Assembly: GCA_013239625.1 (NCBI GenBank)
Contig: MU053379.1
Location: 380,490-444,489 of the forward strand
Direction of reading: 5' to 3'
DNA length: 64,000 bases
DNA from: Lama guanicoe
Lineage: Eukaryota
Shown: positions 1 through 11,710 of the stretch, piece after piece
Layout: each line of letters opens with the position of its first letter
Numbering within the stretch: the first letter of the stretch is position 1
The notes under the pieces: model-generated
The model's input: only the letters and a program-made list of their open reading frames with translations
Told to the model about the DNA's origin: nothing
Database searches by the model: none
Program-made: the position numbers and the translations under genes

Positions 1-274
1 GTTTCCCACCTACGGCACAGGCATAGTTGTGGAAGGACAGAGAGCAAGCAACGGACTGTCAGTTCGGACACCAAAAAAAAGTGAGACAGATGCCTGTATG
101 TTTCAAGCCCAAAGATCTTCTCCGATGCCCAGGCTTCTGCAAGAAGACCTACGTTGTTCTAGGATCTATTCCATTCTCCCCTCCTTTTATGTAAACACTG
201 TCCTTTGAAAGTGGAAAAACTAGAGGAATGGGTAAAAATTGTTTTCACCAATGACTTCTTCTGTCTCTTAGTAC

Positions 275-440
275 CTCACTTCTCAAAGTTGTGGTTGATG
301 GACCAGCAGCATCTGCATCACCTGGGAGCACGTTAGACACGCATTATTTCAGTCCCTGCCCCAGACCTGTTGTGTCCGGATCTGCATTTCAAGAGGAGTT
401 TCATACCAGGTGGATATAATGCACTTTAAAATCTAGAGCA
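275..440. mobile_element. MER5A-like hAT DNA transposon remnant
   Basis: TTCTCAAAGTTGTGG...GGACCAGCAGCATCTGCATCACCTGGGAGC...CCCCAGACCT...ATCTGCATTT. Confidence 0.7.
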
Positions 441-1614
441 AAGGGCTTCAACTTTTTCAAGGGGAACAAACAAGTATCTTTTGTGATTTGAGATCATACA
501 GGCTTAGAGCCTTAGATGAAATAACTCACAAACCTGGGATTTTGACTTTCAGGAGATCTGCTAATCCCCAAAGTGTACTTGGAGGTTAACCCATCTGTTT
601 TGCAGTTTCATGTCACAGTTACTGCAGTGACTGTGAAAACTGTCAGTAGTTCCTCTCCTATCCAACGTGTAGGAATTCTGCTACTCTCTGTCAGCTCTCA
701 CAATACATGGTTCCAAGTGAGATAATTCATTGGTTTTCCATGTGACACAAAGTACATTTTGTCAGTTAATTCCTTGATATCCTCATTCTTTGTTAGGCAG
801 TCTCCTCATGGAACTAGAGTCTGCTTACATCTCCGTGTGTACCCCAACCCTTCTTACATACGTGGTCATTGGCAATTTTACATTGTTGATTTCAGATTAG
901 TTTGTTCATATGAATGTGGTTTTCATTTCACTCCAACACTTGCCATTACAGTTGGTCGCTAGTTCATTGCTGGTGCACTCACTGTCACAACGATCAGTCA
1001 CTATTTATCAAGCGCCAACTAGGTGCCATTGCTCAGCACCACACACGTATTATCTCTAATCCTCCATGCAAAACAGCACGTGGTATTTCCTCCATATACA
1101 AATGAAAAAAAATAGTCTCAGAAAGCTTAAATTATTTGCCCAAAGTCATTGGCATCATTGACAGCAAGTCAATGATGACATCACAATGAAAACACAGGTG
1201 CACGTGGGTCTAAAGGGGCATCTTTGCATTGCCTCACACATCCCTACTAGTCTTAGGCAAATTAGATCGTTGCAATCGCAAGTTTGCATGTGCATAACAA
1301 TGTTATTGATCCCTCCTAGGTGTTACAAGCATTGATTTCACATTATGTGATATGTGATATGCATATATTTCATTTTGGAAAGGAGTGTTGAAAAATGAAC
1401 TCATGTTCCAGTCAGGTTTCTTATGGTTGCAAGAAGGAAAAATTCAAACTAGCTTAAATAAAAAATAAGTGAAAAAGTCTAAGGAACTCACTTGGGCCTG
1501 GAGGGACTGAAGCAAGGAACCCAGAAGACACAAACAGCTGGAGCCAGGAACCACAAACATCCCTGGGAGCCATGGGATCATCTCTACCTTGAGTCTTCCC
1601 ACCCCAGCTTCTTC

Positions 1615-2300
1615 TGATTAGGGGACTGAGGTGGGAAGCCCCATAAAAAAGACTGGCAGGACCCCCAGCCAGGCAGGGCCACTACTCTCCTGCCAGCACC
1701 ATCCAGTTCCCTGGCCCAGAGGCTCTATCTCACTTTCTTGCCTCTGAAACGGCTTACTTCTAGGAAAGTAGGAACTTACCCCTAAAATTCTATTGGTTCC
1801 TGGAGCTAACTCCTGATTGGTCCACTTGTAGTACTTCATTTGCATTGAGCTCACTTCTGATTGGTTATTTCCCTCACTCCTGATTGGTTATTTCTCTCCC
1901 TCCTGATTGGTCCATTTCTACAAAGCTTGTTGTTTGTACTTTTGTTATACCTTATTTGCATATGATGTTACAAAGTGTAAACTGGCAGCCTAGAAAAGCC
2001 TGTGTAAACCTGCAGACGGAGTCCAGAGCTTGGAGTGTTAACTCCTCTCGGCCTGCTGGCATAGCAAACCTGACTTCTCCAACTCTGCTGAGTGCTGCGT
2101 GGTCTCTCACCCAGATCCAGGTTGCTGTCACAACTGAGCTGTAAGACTGAGCTGTAACACATTTTTCTGCAGCAGGACCACCTCCAACTACAGAGGTGGC
2201 TTTTCTCTGCCCAGTAGAGAGGGCCCTGCTGCAAAGTCTGTCTCTCAACAGCCCACACAGACCTGCTGAAGAGACCACAGTCCTGATGAAGCGAGCCATA
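1615..2300 (+). mobile_element. ERV1-type solo LTR (boundaries approximate)
   Basis: TG start, tandem CTGATTGG (CCAAT) repeats, octamers and duplicated ACTGAGCTGTAA typical of class I LTR U3/U5; no TSD pair confirmed. Confidence 0.6.
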
Positions 2301-2599
2301 GAAATGTCCTAACTTGAGGGCAAATTCTAGGGAGCAATGCCTGGCCCCATGGTTCTTGACCTCCTGGTCTAGACACCTGCATTTTATGTCTTGCTGGAAC
2401 TCCCTTACAAAACGAAGTCCCTTTTAACAGGAGAATTCTGACCCAGGTTTCAAACTGTTGTCAGAAAATTAATGTCTTATTGTCGTCTCTTCAAATACGT
2501 GGTGGCCCCCAAATGATTATCTTGACCTTAGCTTCGTATCATTGTATCTCATCCGTGGTAAAAATGAGAATTTTGTGGACAGAGATGCTTAGGCAGCCT

Positions 2600-2857
2600 A
2601 GATGCTGAAATTAATGATTAGAGTAAAGTGGCGATAAGTCAAGGAATGCCAGTGGCCACCAGAAGCTGGAAAAGCCAAGGAATGGATTCTCCCCTAGAGC
2701 CTCCAGATGAAGTGTAGCCCTGCCAACACCCTGGTTTCAGCCCAGTCATGTTAATTTCTGACTTCTGGCTTCCAGAAATATGAGAAAATAAATTTCTCTT
2801 GTTTTAAGCCACCAAGTTTCTGGTACTTTGTTATGGCAGCCACAGAAAACTAACACA
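2600..2857 (+). mobile_element. MaLR LTR (MLT1C/D-like)
   Basis: GCCACCAGAAGCTGG...GATTCTCCCCTAGAGCCTCCAG...AATAAATTTCTCTTGTTTTAAGCCACC...AACTAACACA. Confidence 0.8.
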
Positions 2858-2859
2858 CT

Positions 2860-3630
2860 TGGACACACAAAAATTCTGTACACATATTTGAGGATATGTC
2901 TACAATAAATACACAGAAGATGCTGGCCTACCAGTGTACATTTATAATCTTTATAGATATTATACCCCAGAGTGGGTGGGCCATTCGATGTCCCCCCAGG
3001 AGCAAGGTTTAAAGCTTTCTATATGCTAACACTCTTGCTATCACAAAGTTATAAAATGCCTTGATTATAAAATTAAAAATTATATTCTAATTGTAGTTTT
3101 AATTTGAAATTCTATTATTCATGGGCTTGTTATTCGAGTCATTTGTATTTCTTTTTCCTGCAATATCCTTTTGTATCCATTGCCATTTCTTTGCTGTGGT
3201 TTTGATGTTTTGCATAATCAGTTTGCATGAATCTTTACATGTTTAGGTAATTAACTCTGAATATGAAGTGCAATTCACTTTTATTTATCATTTGTCTTTT
3301 TACTTTGTTTTGCATATAGGATTTTTAAAAATTTTATGGTTAATATTTATAGCTGCTAGCTTTGGGGTCATGCTTTGAAAGTCTTTCCCACATCAAGATT
3401 ATTTTTTAAAAGTGCTTTTTTCTGGTTATGAAGAGTTTCAGTTTTCACACTGAAACCTTTGATTATATTAGAATTCATTTTGGTATTAGGTAGGAAAGAT
3501 GAGTTAAATTTAATTGTTATTCCACATATCTGTCCTAGAGTCCTAATACTACTACAAATGATTCATCTTTTTTATCTTTTTTTATATGTATTTGGGCCTA
3601 TTTCTTTATTTTCTCGTCTGCTACAGAGAT
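2860..3630 (-). mobile_element. Old L1 fragment, antisense
   Basis: T-rich decayed L1 ORF2/3' motifs (ATTGTAGTTTTAATTTG, GAATTCATTTTGGTATTAGG). Confidence 0.55.
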
Positions 3631-5736
3631 CTTTCTAACTACACATTGTTTTAAATAAAATAAAGCAGGCTGTAAAAAGTGAATCCTGGTTATAGAGACG
3701 TTTGAGTCCCCTCAAGGTTGACGCATCAGCCACCATCAGGTCTCCCATCCCTTTTGTCCCAGACCAGGTGTGAGGAACACTCGAGGACCTGCAGCATTGG
3801 GACTCTTCCAAAGAAAGCATCACGCTGCACTCTGATGGCTGTTTCATGCTCCTGCCCAACCTCCTGGTGAGGGAAGACTGCAACCAAAGGGTCTTTTCAT
3901 GGGGGAAACTACAGGACATCCTCCATCTGGAAGCAGTAAAGATTTCCCTTGAAGGGAATGGTAAGAAGTCAGGTCAGGACAATGGGGCACTTGTGAGGGA
4001 AATGGATAAAAACCATCATTGTTTTTGCCAAACTTGGTTACATAGATGCAAAATTACATTCTGGGCTGGTGACGTGGCCAAGCATAGCCACAGGATGTCT
4101 CGGGAATCCTCTAAGCTTCCCACCACAGGAACCATGAAATCTCTAAAGCCATTTCGGGAGTGAAAAATAAGGTAGCACATAGGGTCACTGAGTTCTCAGC
4201 ATCAAAGACTTGAATTGTGTTAAAAGCAGCAGTGGAGCACAGCGGCCCTTGCTTCCCATAGATCCAAATGTGGGAGGGGAGATAGGATTTTCTCTGACAT
4301 ATCCCTTCCCTCTGATTGTTTACAAATCTTGCTTTGTTTCTATGCTGTATGCAGCTCCTTTAAAATTTTTTCTCGTTTGTTTATTTATTTGGCTAAGCCT
4401 CTTTAAATGCACAGGCTTGCATAATATGACTTGAGGTAGCAGGTCTTCTTGTTCTAAAAAGTAAAAAAATAAAGTCGGTTAGCAGATGCCAGTCACAGGC
4501 AAACGCAGACAGGCAGGAGAGGCTAGCTTGTTTATCATATTAATGGTGGAAAGAGGTTCCTGTCAATCACCTCCATGATAGCATCAGTCTTTGGCATTGC
4601 CTTAGAGACTAGAGACTCCACACAGAGCTATCAAAGTGCTGCAGGACCCGCACAGGCTTAAAAATAACTTTGGAGCTCATGAAAGAGATTCACCCTCCTT
4701 CTGGTTAGTCTAGATGGACCCCCATCTCAGGGGCAGCCACAGCAACAGAAGTCCCTATTAAAATTAGAATGAGCTAAGGAGAGAAAGATAAATGTTTCCT
4801 CCTTCTCCACTTTTAAAGCAGGATGGCTTATCCATTGGGCTGAGGGAATTGTACAGTTTTCAAGGAACTATGTGAGAAGAAATTCTGCCTGGGGTCTGCT
4901 GGGAGAGGAGGAGGAAAGTGATGGGAGAGACCAGACCCAGATCATAGACAGTACCACTTAAATGCACTCAGTCGGATCTCAAACCTAGCAATATCGACTT
5001 CCCATGGTAACATTTCTCATCCCTGACAGCCGGTTACATTGAGCTACTAACTCTTCCTTAGAGAGGTTACATACATTTTGATAAAGATATAAGGGCTATC
5101 TTTGGGCATCTGAAATGAAAGCGATGAGGAGTAAGACAGAAAACTCCACCACTTGGAATCTGAAGATGCACATTCCTGGTGATCATTATGCAGACACACA
5201 TGTGTGTATGTGTTGTGTTGTATACTTTCTCATACACATGTGTATTATAGTACTTTTCTCCACTGAATCTTAGATAATTAAGAACTGATTAAATTAGAGA
5301 CGGCTTGTTTTGTTTTGTTTTGTTTTCCAGTTACCATCCATTCCCTTAAAGAATTCTGATGTTGTCATGTCTTCCTTTCTTTCAAGGGAGCAAGAGGAGA
5401 AATATCCCTTCTCAGAAAGATGAATTTAAAAATTTGGAGATAATATCAAAACATCCTAAAATATCCAAAGCACTGATATGTCTACCAGTACATTCGGTAT
5501 AGATTTTGATTATAAGGAATAATTGTCAAGGTTAGCATAGGAAACAAAAAGGCTACAAAGTATTTCAAGTATACACAGATTCCCTTCTTGAGGAGTCAGT
5601 AAGCACAACCCATTTTGCTTTTGATTATTTACTGATCTTTCTTTTAAGCAGCACATCTCAAAATTATTATAATTGTATTCCACATGTTCAAAAGTTAAAT
5701 AGACACATGGAAGATTTTTTCTTTAAATCCCAATCC

Positions 5737-8615
5737 GAGAAGATGAAGCAAGATGGCAGAGTAGTAGGACTCACGTAGCTCACCCTCTCCCACAAATACA
5801 CCAAAACTCACATCTACGGACCCACTCAGCCAACCAGAGCACCTGCCAAACTCCGACAGACCATCGCCCTCTTCAAAAGACAAAGACGCCAAAAATCTGG
5901 TAGGAGAAAATGAAAAAAGAAAGAAGAAAAAGCAAAAGTGTGGGACCGGTCCTGCAGGGAGGGAACAGGAGAGGATGACTGGCACTCGTTCACTGGGTCT
6001 CCCCTCTCCAATAGAAAGGCCAGCAGGACAGAGGGGGAGCCTCTGAGGCTCAGATCTGCCACGAGCACCCCTTGACTGACAGAACTTAGTTAAATGGGCC
6101 CAAAGGGTCCCCATGACACCCAGCCCAAGATGCAAGCCAGCAGCTGGGGCCAGGACAGGCTGCCCGAGCTGGGCGGAGGACTGGGGCAGCTGCACTGAGG
6201 CAGTCCCAGGGGACCCAATGTGCTGGGTGCTGCACATTGTGGCTGGGAGGGGATATGGAGCAAAACAACCTCAGTCCCCCAAAAATTATGAAAAAAGCAA
6301 AGCAACAAGGCTGGTGTGCCATGGGGGGAGAGGCACCATTGCCTTTGTCTCCTCAGACCTGCGGCACCATTACTGGCACTTCTCGTGAGAAGAGAGGTGG
6401 GGTGCAGCCACAGCCACCATCTCCTCCTATGCGCAGCGCCCGGGCAGGGGAGGGGCCAAGACCTGAATCCACACCCGGGGGCTCCGCAACCTCCTAGGCA
6501 GAACTGATACTTGTTTACAGCCCAAGGCAGGTAGAATCTTTCTGCCCTGGTATCTCAGAGAATTCACACTATCAAGACAAACAAGGAGCTGAGATTTGGC
6601 ACAAAGCAGGGGCGGGGCTGTTTCACAGTCTTCCCCAAGCCAGCCTGCAGAGCACCAACCAGAGGCAGAGCAGGCAGCTGCACAGAGCAGCAGAGCAACC
6701 AGTGCCAGGAGAGGGCAGGCGGCCACCCGCCTTCCTGGCAGGAAGGCAGCACCTGACCACGGTGCTTGGAGTGGGTGTGATCCGCCCACCTGCCTCACCC
6801 GAGTGCAGCATCTGACTGCGGCATTGGGAGGGGGAGTGACCCACCCACCCACTGGCCACAGTGCTAGAGAGATATGAGCAATATGAAGAAGCAGAGGAAC
6901 CACTTCCAATTAAAAGAGCAAGAGAAATCCCCTGAAAGCACAATCAAGGAAATAGACATTGATGGCCTAGTAGATCAAGATTTCAAAAAAGGATTGATCA
7001 AAGTACTGAAGGAACTAAAAGAAATAGTGTTTAGAGATATAAAATATGTCAAAAAACGAAATAGAAGCTATAAGGAAGAACCAAGTAGAATTAGTAAACT
7101 CATTTGCTGAGATGAGAGCTGACCTAAAGGCTGTGCAAAGCAGGCTAGATAATGCAGAGGAACGAATAAGTGACCTGGAAGACAGGACAACAGAAAGCAC
7201 CCAATCAGAACAGCTGAGAGAAAAACAAATAAAAAACAATGAAAACAATATAAGGGATCTATGGGATAATTTAAAGCATGCCAATCTATGCATAATAGGG
7301 GTTCCAGAAGAAGAAGAAAGAACAAAGGGGTTTGAAAAGGTATTTGAAGAAATCATGACTGAAAACTTCCCAAACCTAAAGAAAGAATCAGATATCCAAG
7401 TACAGGAGGCTCAGAGGGTCCCAAACAGGAAGAACCCAAACAGACCCACACCAAGACATATCATCATGAAGATGGCCAGAATCAAGGATAAAGAAATGAT
7501 CCTAAAGGCAGCAAGAGAAAATCAAAGAATGAGTTGCAAGGGAACCCCCATAAGGCTCTCAGCTGATTTCTCTACACAAACACTACAGGCCAGAAGGGAG
7601 GGGCAAGATATATTCAAAGTCCTGAATGAAAAAAAGATGCAGCCTAGGATACTCTATCCAGCAACACTATCTTTAGAATAGAAGGAGAGATAAAGAACTT
7701 CACAGACAAGCAAAAACTAAAAGAGTTTAGCAAGACTAAACCCATGCTAAAAGAAATATTGACAGGTCTACTTTAAATAGAAAAGCAGCAAGATGCTACA
7801 AAAATGAGAAACTCATAACTGGAAAGGAGATAACTGCCTTGAATTACAAAAAGAATAAACACAAAATTGTAAAAGAAGACATCTAAATCATTAAGAGTGG
7901 GAGAGGGAAACAAGGAAAGCCACTGTGGAAAACAGTGTGGAGATTCCTCAGAAGACTAGGAATAGGCTTACCATAGGACCCAGGAATCCCACTCCTGGGC
8001 ATATATCCAGAAGGAACCCTACTTCAAAATGACACCTCACCCCAATGTTCATAGCAGCGCTATTTACAATAGCCAAGACATGGAAACAGCCTAAATGTCC
8101 ATCAACAGCAGACTGGATAAAGAAGAAGTGGTATATTTATACAATGGAATACTATTCAGCCATAAAAACTGACAACATAACGCCATTTGCAGCAACATAG
8201 ATGTTCCTGGAGAATGTCATTCTAAGTGAAGTAAGCCAGAAAGAGAAAGAAAAATACCATATGAGATCGCTCATATGAGGAATCTAAAAAAAAATAAATA
8301 AACAGAACATAAATACAAAACAGAAACAGACTCATAGATATAGAATACAAACTTGTGGTTACCAAGGGGGCGGGGGGGTGGGAAGGGACAGACTGGGATT
8401 TTAAAATGCAGAATAGCTAAACAAGATTATACTGTATAGCACAGGGAAATATATACAAGATTTTGTGGTAGCTCATAGCAGAAAAAACATGTGACAATGA
8501 ATATATATATGTTCGTATATAACTGAAAAATTGTGCTCTACACTAGAATTGACACAACATTGTAAAATGACTATCACTCAATAAAAAAATGTAAAAAAAA
8601 TTAATAATAATAAAT
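5737..8615 (+). mobile_element. Young LINE-1 with full 5' UTR, ORF1 and 3' end but almost all of ORF2 deleted (half-L1-like)
   Basis: Perfect TSD AAATCCCAATCC at 5725-5736 and 8616-8627 in a TTT/AAA endonuclease context; YY1 motif CAAGATGGC at +13; GC-rich 5' UTR; ORF1 6874-7776; jump at 7919/7920 into the ORF2 C-terminal tail; 3' UTR, AATAAA and A-rich tail. Confidence 0.93.
6874..7776 (+). pseudogene. L1 ORF1p (coiled coil + RRM + CTD), disrupted by two compensating frameshifts
   Basis: Track ORFs 6874-7110 and 7046-7681 carry L1 ORF1 motifs (SRLDNAEERISDLED, IIGVPEEEE, RPTPRHII, PIRLSADFS, PRILYPA). There is a +1 shift in the A-run at ~7051-7056 and a -1 shift at ~7670; the original frame resumes RIEGEIKNFTDKQKLKEF...LL* with TAA at 7774-7776. 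Confidence 0.9.
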
Positions 8616-10350
8616 AAATCCCAATCCAACTTCTAGAGATAAAAACTACAATGTCCAAGATTAAAATTTCACTGAATGGAATTAGTAGCAGATTAGACTT
8701 TGCAGAAGAAAAGAGTAATAAATTTGAATATATAGCAATAGAAACTATGCAAAATTAAACAAAGAAATGAAATGGGAGTGACATCCCAGCACCTGTTCAA
8801 TATTCTGTTAGTTAGAAGTAAGTCACAAGTTCCACCAACACTCATGAAATAACACAATTCTAAATAACTAATCAGTCAAGAAAGAACTCAAAAGAGAAAT
8901 TGGAAAGTATTTGAATTGAATAAAAATAAAAACACAACATATCAAAATGTAGGTTGGTGCTAAAGCAATTCTTAGGGAGAAATTTATAATGCTAAATGTC
9001 TAAATTGGAAAAGAATGTCTTGAATCAGTGATTTCAGCTTCTTCTTTAAGAAACTAATTTTAATAAGGGCAAATGATACTCAAAGTAAGCAGAAGAAAGA
9101 AAATAATGAAGATCAGAGTAGAAATGAATGCAACAGAAAACAGGAAAATAATACAAAAAATCAATTATACCAAAAGTTGGTTAATTGAGATGATCAGTAA
9201 AATTGATTAGCATGTAGCCTGAATGATTGGAAAAAAAAAAAAGTGAAGACACAAGTTACCAGCATCAAGAATGAGCGAGGCAACATCACTACAGATTCTA
9301 CAGACAATAAAAATACAAAGTAGTATCATCTTATTTTTTAAAAACTGATGCCATTAAGCTATAAAACAGTTAAAATGGAAAAGTTATTTGAAAGATACAA
9401 AGTACCAAGTCTCACTCAAAGAAAAATAGATAACTTAGAGCTATAGCTATTAAATACCTAATTATTATAGCCCAATGCAGTGAAAATTCTGTCCTTTCTT
9501 TAGTGAATTGTTTTTTTTCCAATTTTTTTTATTATGGTACAACATACATAACATAAAATCTACCATCTGAACCATTTTTAGTGTACAATTCAGTCATATT
9601 AAATACATTTATAACATTATGCAAGCATTACCACCATCCATTTCCAAAACTCTTTCCACCCTGTAAAACTGAAACTCAGTGAAGAAAAGATAGTCTTTTT
9701 ACTAAGTGGGGGCTGAATAATTGGATATTCATTTCTTTGATTCATACCTGGTACAATATACAAAAATTAACGTCAAATGTACTCTAGACTTCTATGTAAA
9801 ACCCAAAACTCTAAAAAAATTAAACATAGGAGAAAATACTTGCAGCTTGGTTTAGGCAAAGATTCCTTATATATGACAACAAAAGTATGATCCACATAAG
9901 AAGAAATTGATAAACTGAACTTGATCAAAATTAAGCATTTCTGCTCTTTGAAAGACACTGTTAAAAGGATAAAAAGAGAGACTACAAACCGGGAGAAAAG
10001 AAAACATTTGCAGTGCATATGACTGATGAAGGACTTGTATCTAGAATCCATTAAAGAACTTTTTAAATTCAATAATAAGAAAACAGCCCAATGAATATAG
10101 GAAAAGATTTGAACAGACACTTCACAAAAGAAAATATACAGATGGCATATAAATACATTCAAAAGATGCTCAACATCATTAGTCATTACAAAAATGCAAA
10201 TTAATACCACAATGAGATGCCTATTAGAATAACTAAAATCAAAAAGACTGACCACTACAAGTGTTGGTAAGTATATGGAGAAACTGAGACTCCCCTACAC
10301 TGATGGAAGGAATGTGAAACAGTCCAACCACTTTGTAAAACAGTTTGGAA
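8616..10350 (+). mobile_element. Old, fragmented L1 (L1M-type) ORF1/ORF2 remnants; host of the young L1 (left stub ~5696-5736), with small intercalated fragments
   Basis: Decayed ORF1-like sequence at 8616-8770 (GAATGGAATTAGTAGCAGATTAGAC) continuous across the TSD; A-rich ORF2-like sequence at ~8850-9480 and ~9680-10350 (ATTAATACCACAATGAGATGCC, AAACAGTTTGG). Confidence 0.75.
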
Positions 10351-11519
10351 AAATGTTACAACCAATTCAAAGGAGAATCCAAAGCACCACACATTTATAG
10401 TTATAAACAAGAAATGCTAAAATAAATTTACAACTAGATGCAAAACTGATTAATTTCCACAAGGCATTAATCAACTGCCTCCCACTGGACTGAATTTGCA
10501 CTTCATGGACAAGAATCATTTGTACTGCTATCAGTTTGCTACAAGTTACAGAGTTGTGAAATGGCTCAAAGACAATAGAAGGTGGAGATAACCCAGATGG
10601 ATGAGCTGTGAGTTAACTAAATCTTTGACAGGTGCTCATTTTTATCTGTATAAGTGTCACGATATTACCCGTTTAAAAAATTACCCTTTAATGGGAACTT
10701 TGCACAATGCCTAACTCACAATAATACTCAATAAAATTAACTTTTATAACATTAATTGTGTTAATATTTAAAATGACTTGAGTCACACTTTAAATTCATC
10801 TGGGGAAGTTGCAGCATGAAGATAGCATTGATGTGTTCGATTATTTCAGATGTTTACCCAATCATTATCGAGTAATTCCTGGGAATAAGGTACAGTGTTA
10901 GTCGTAACTTACTGATAAGACAAATCTGAGTTTACTGTCTTGCAGTAAGTGAGAGTATTACTTCGCAGGTCTTAGCAGCATTTCAGAGGGGGCAAGGCCA
11001 AGTAGCGGTACGTATGAGATTTTGAAATCTTGTTTAAAGTGAACCCTTCCATGGAAGTGGTCATGGGCTTGGTTGGGAATGGGTAAGGATTATGCCGTAA
11101 TAGTTTAGGACGTGGACACAGCAGGGCAGGGAATTTGCGGTGAGGGTTAAATTTGTGAGGTTCAAAGACTTAGGGTATAAGATGTCATCTGGCTCCTTCT
11201 TTGAAGAGTGGATGGGTCTTTCAGGAAGTTTCTAGAATGATCAATCAAGTTACTTGCAACTCTCCAGGTGAGACTTACCTGAAATTGTGATGGCACGTTG
11301 ATAAAGATGGTGGGCGATTAAAATCCTGTTGACATGGGCTTTAAGCTACATAAGTACAGATGGCCTGGTTCTCAAGTAACATCTTTCTTCCATACTCCTT
11401 ACTGGGCACTTGTCACTTATTGTCTAGTTTGATAATTGCATTTCTGGAGCAAACGTCTAAATACTAATACGGATACTACTAATGTTAACAACTACTGCAA
11501 CTCCAGCAGCAGCAGCAGG

Positions 11520-11710
11520 TGTGTTTGCCCAATGCTGACTCGGATCTGTGATTCTGAAAGCAGTCCTGTAAGGTAGTCCTCAGTGTCCCCACTTTATAGA
11601 TGAGGAAACTGTGGCTCAGAGAGGAAAACTTGTGTAAGGTTTTCTGGCGAGGGAGAGGCAGAACACAGAATCGAATGCAGGACAGCAGTCTCCAAAGTCT
11701 GCATTGTGCT
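11520..11710 (-). mobile_element. MIR SINE
   Basis: MIR core TTTATAGATGAGGAAACTGTGGCTCAGAGAGG. Confidence 0.75.

Noticed and set aside
1153..1177. Perfect 10-bp inverted repeat CATCATTGAC-N5-GTCAATGATG
   Set aside because: Short, AT-rich, inside a decayed MIR and with no supporting context; compatible with chance or a local template switch.
1790..1915. Regularly spaced repeats as a CRISPR-like array
   Set aside because: Mammalian DNA; the 8-bp units with similar spacers are LTR U3 tandem duplications, and there are no cas genes.
5695..6943. ORFs in the L1 5' UTR, including an antisense 180-aa ORF (ORF0-like?)
   Set aside because: A GC-rich UTR yields chance ORFs; there is no recognisable homology and a single copy cannot show conservation.
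9773..10255. 160-aa hydrophobic minus-strand ORF (also 22392-22904 and 7015-7356)
   Set aside because: Antisense translations of A-rich L1 sequence, a well-known source of false membrane-protein-like ORFs.
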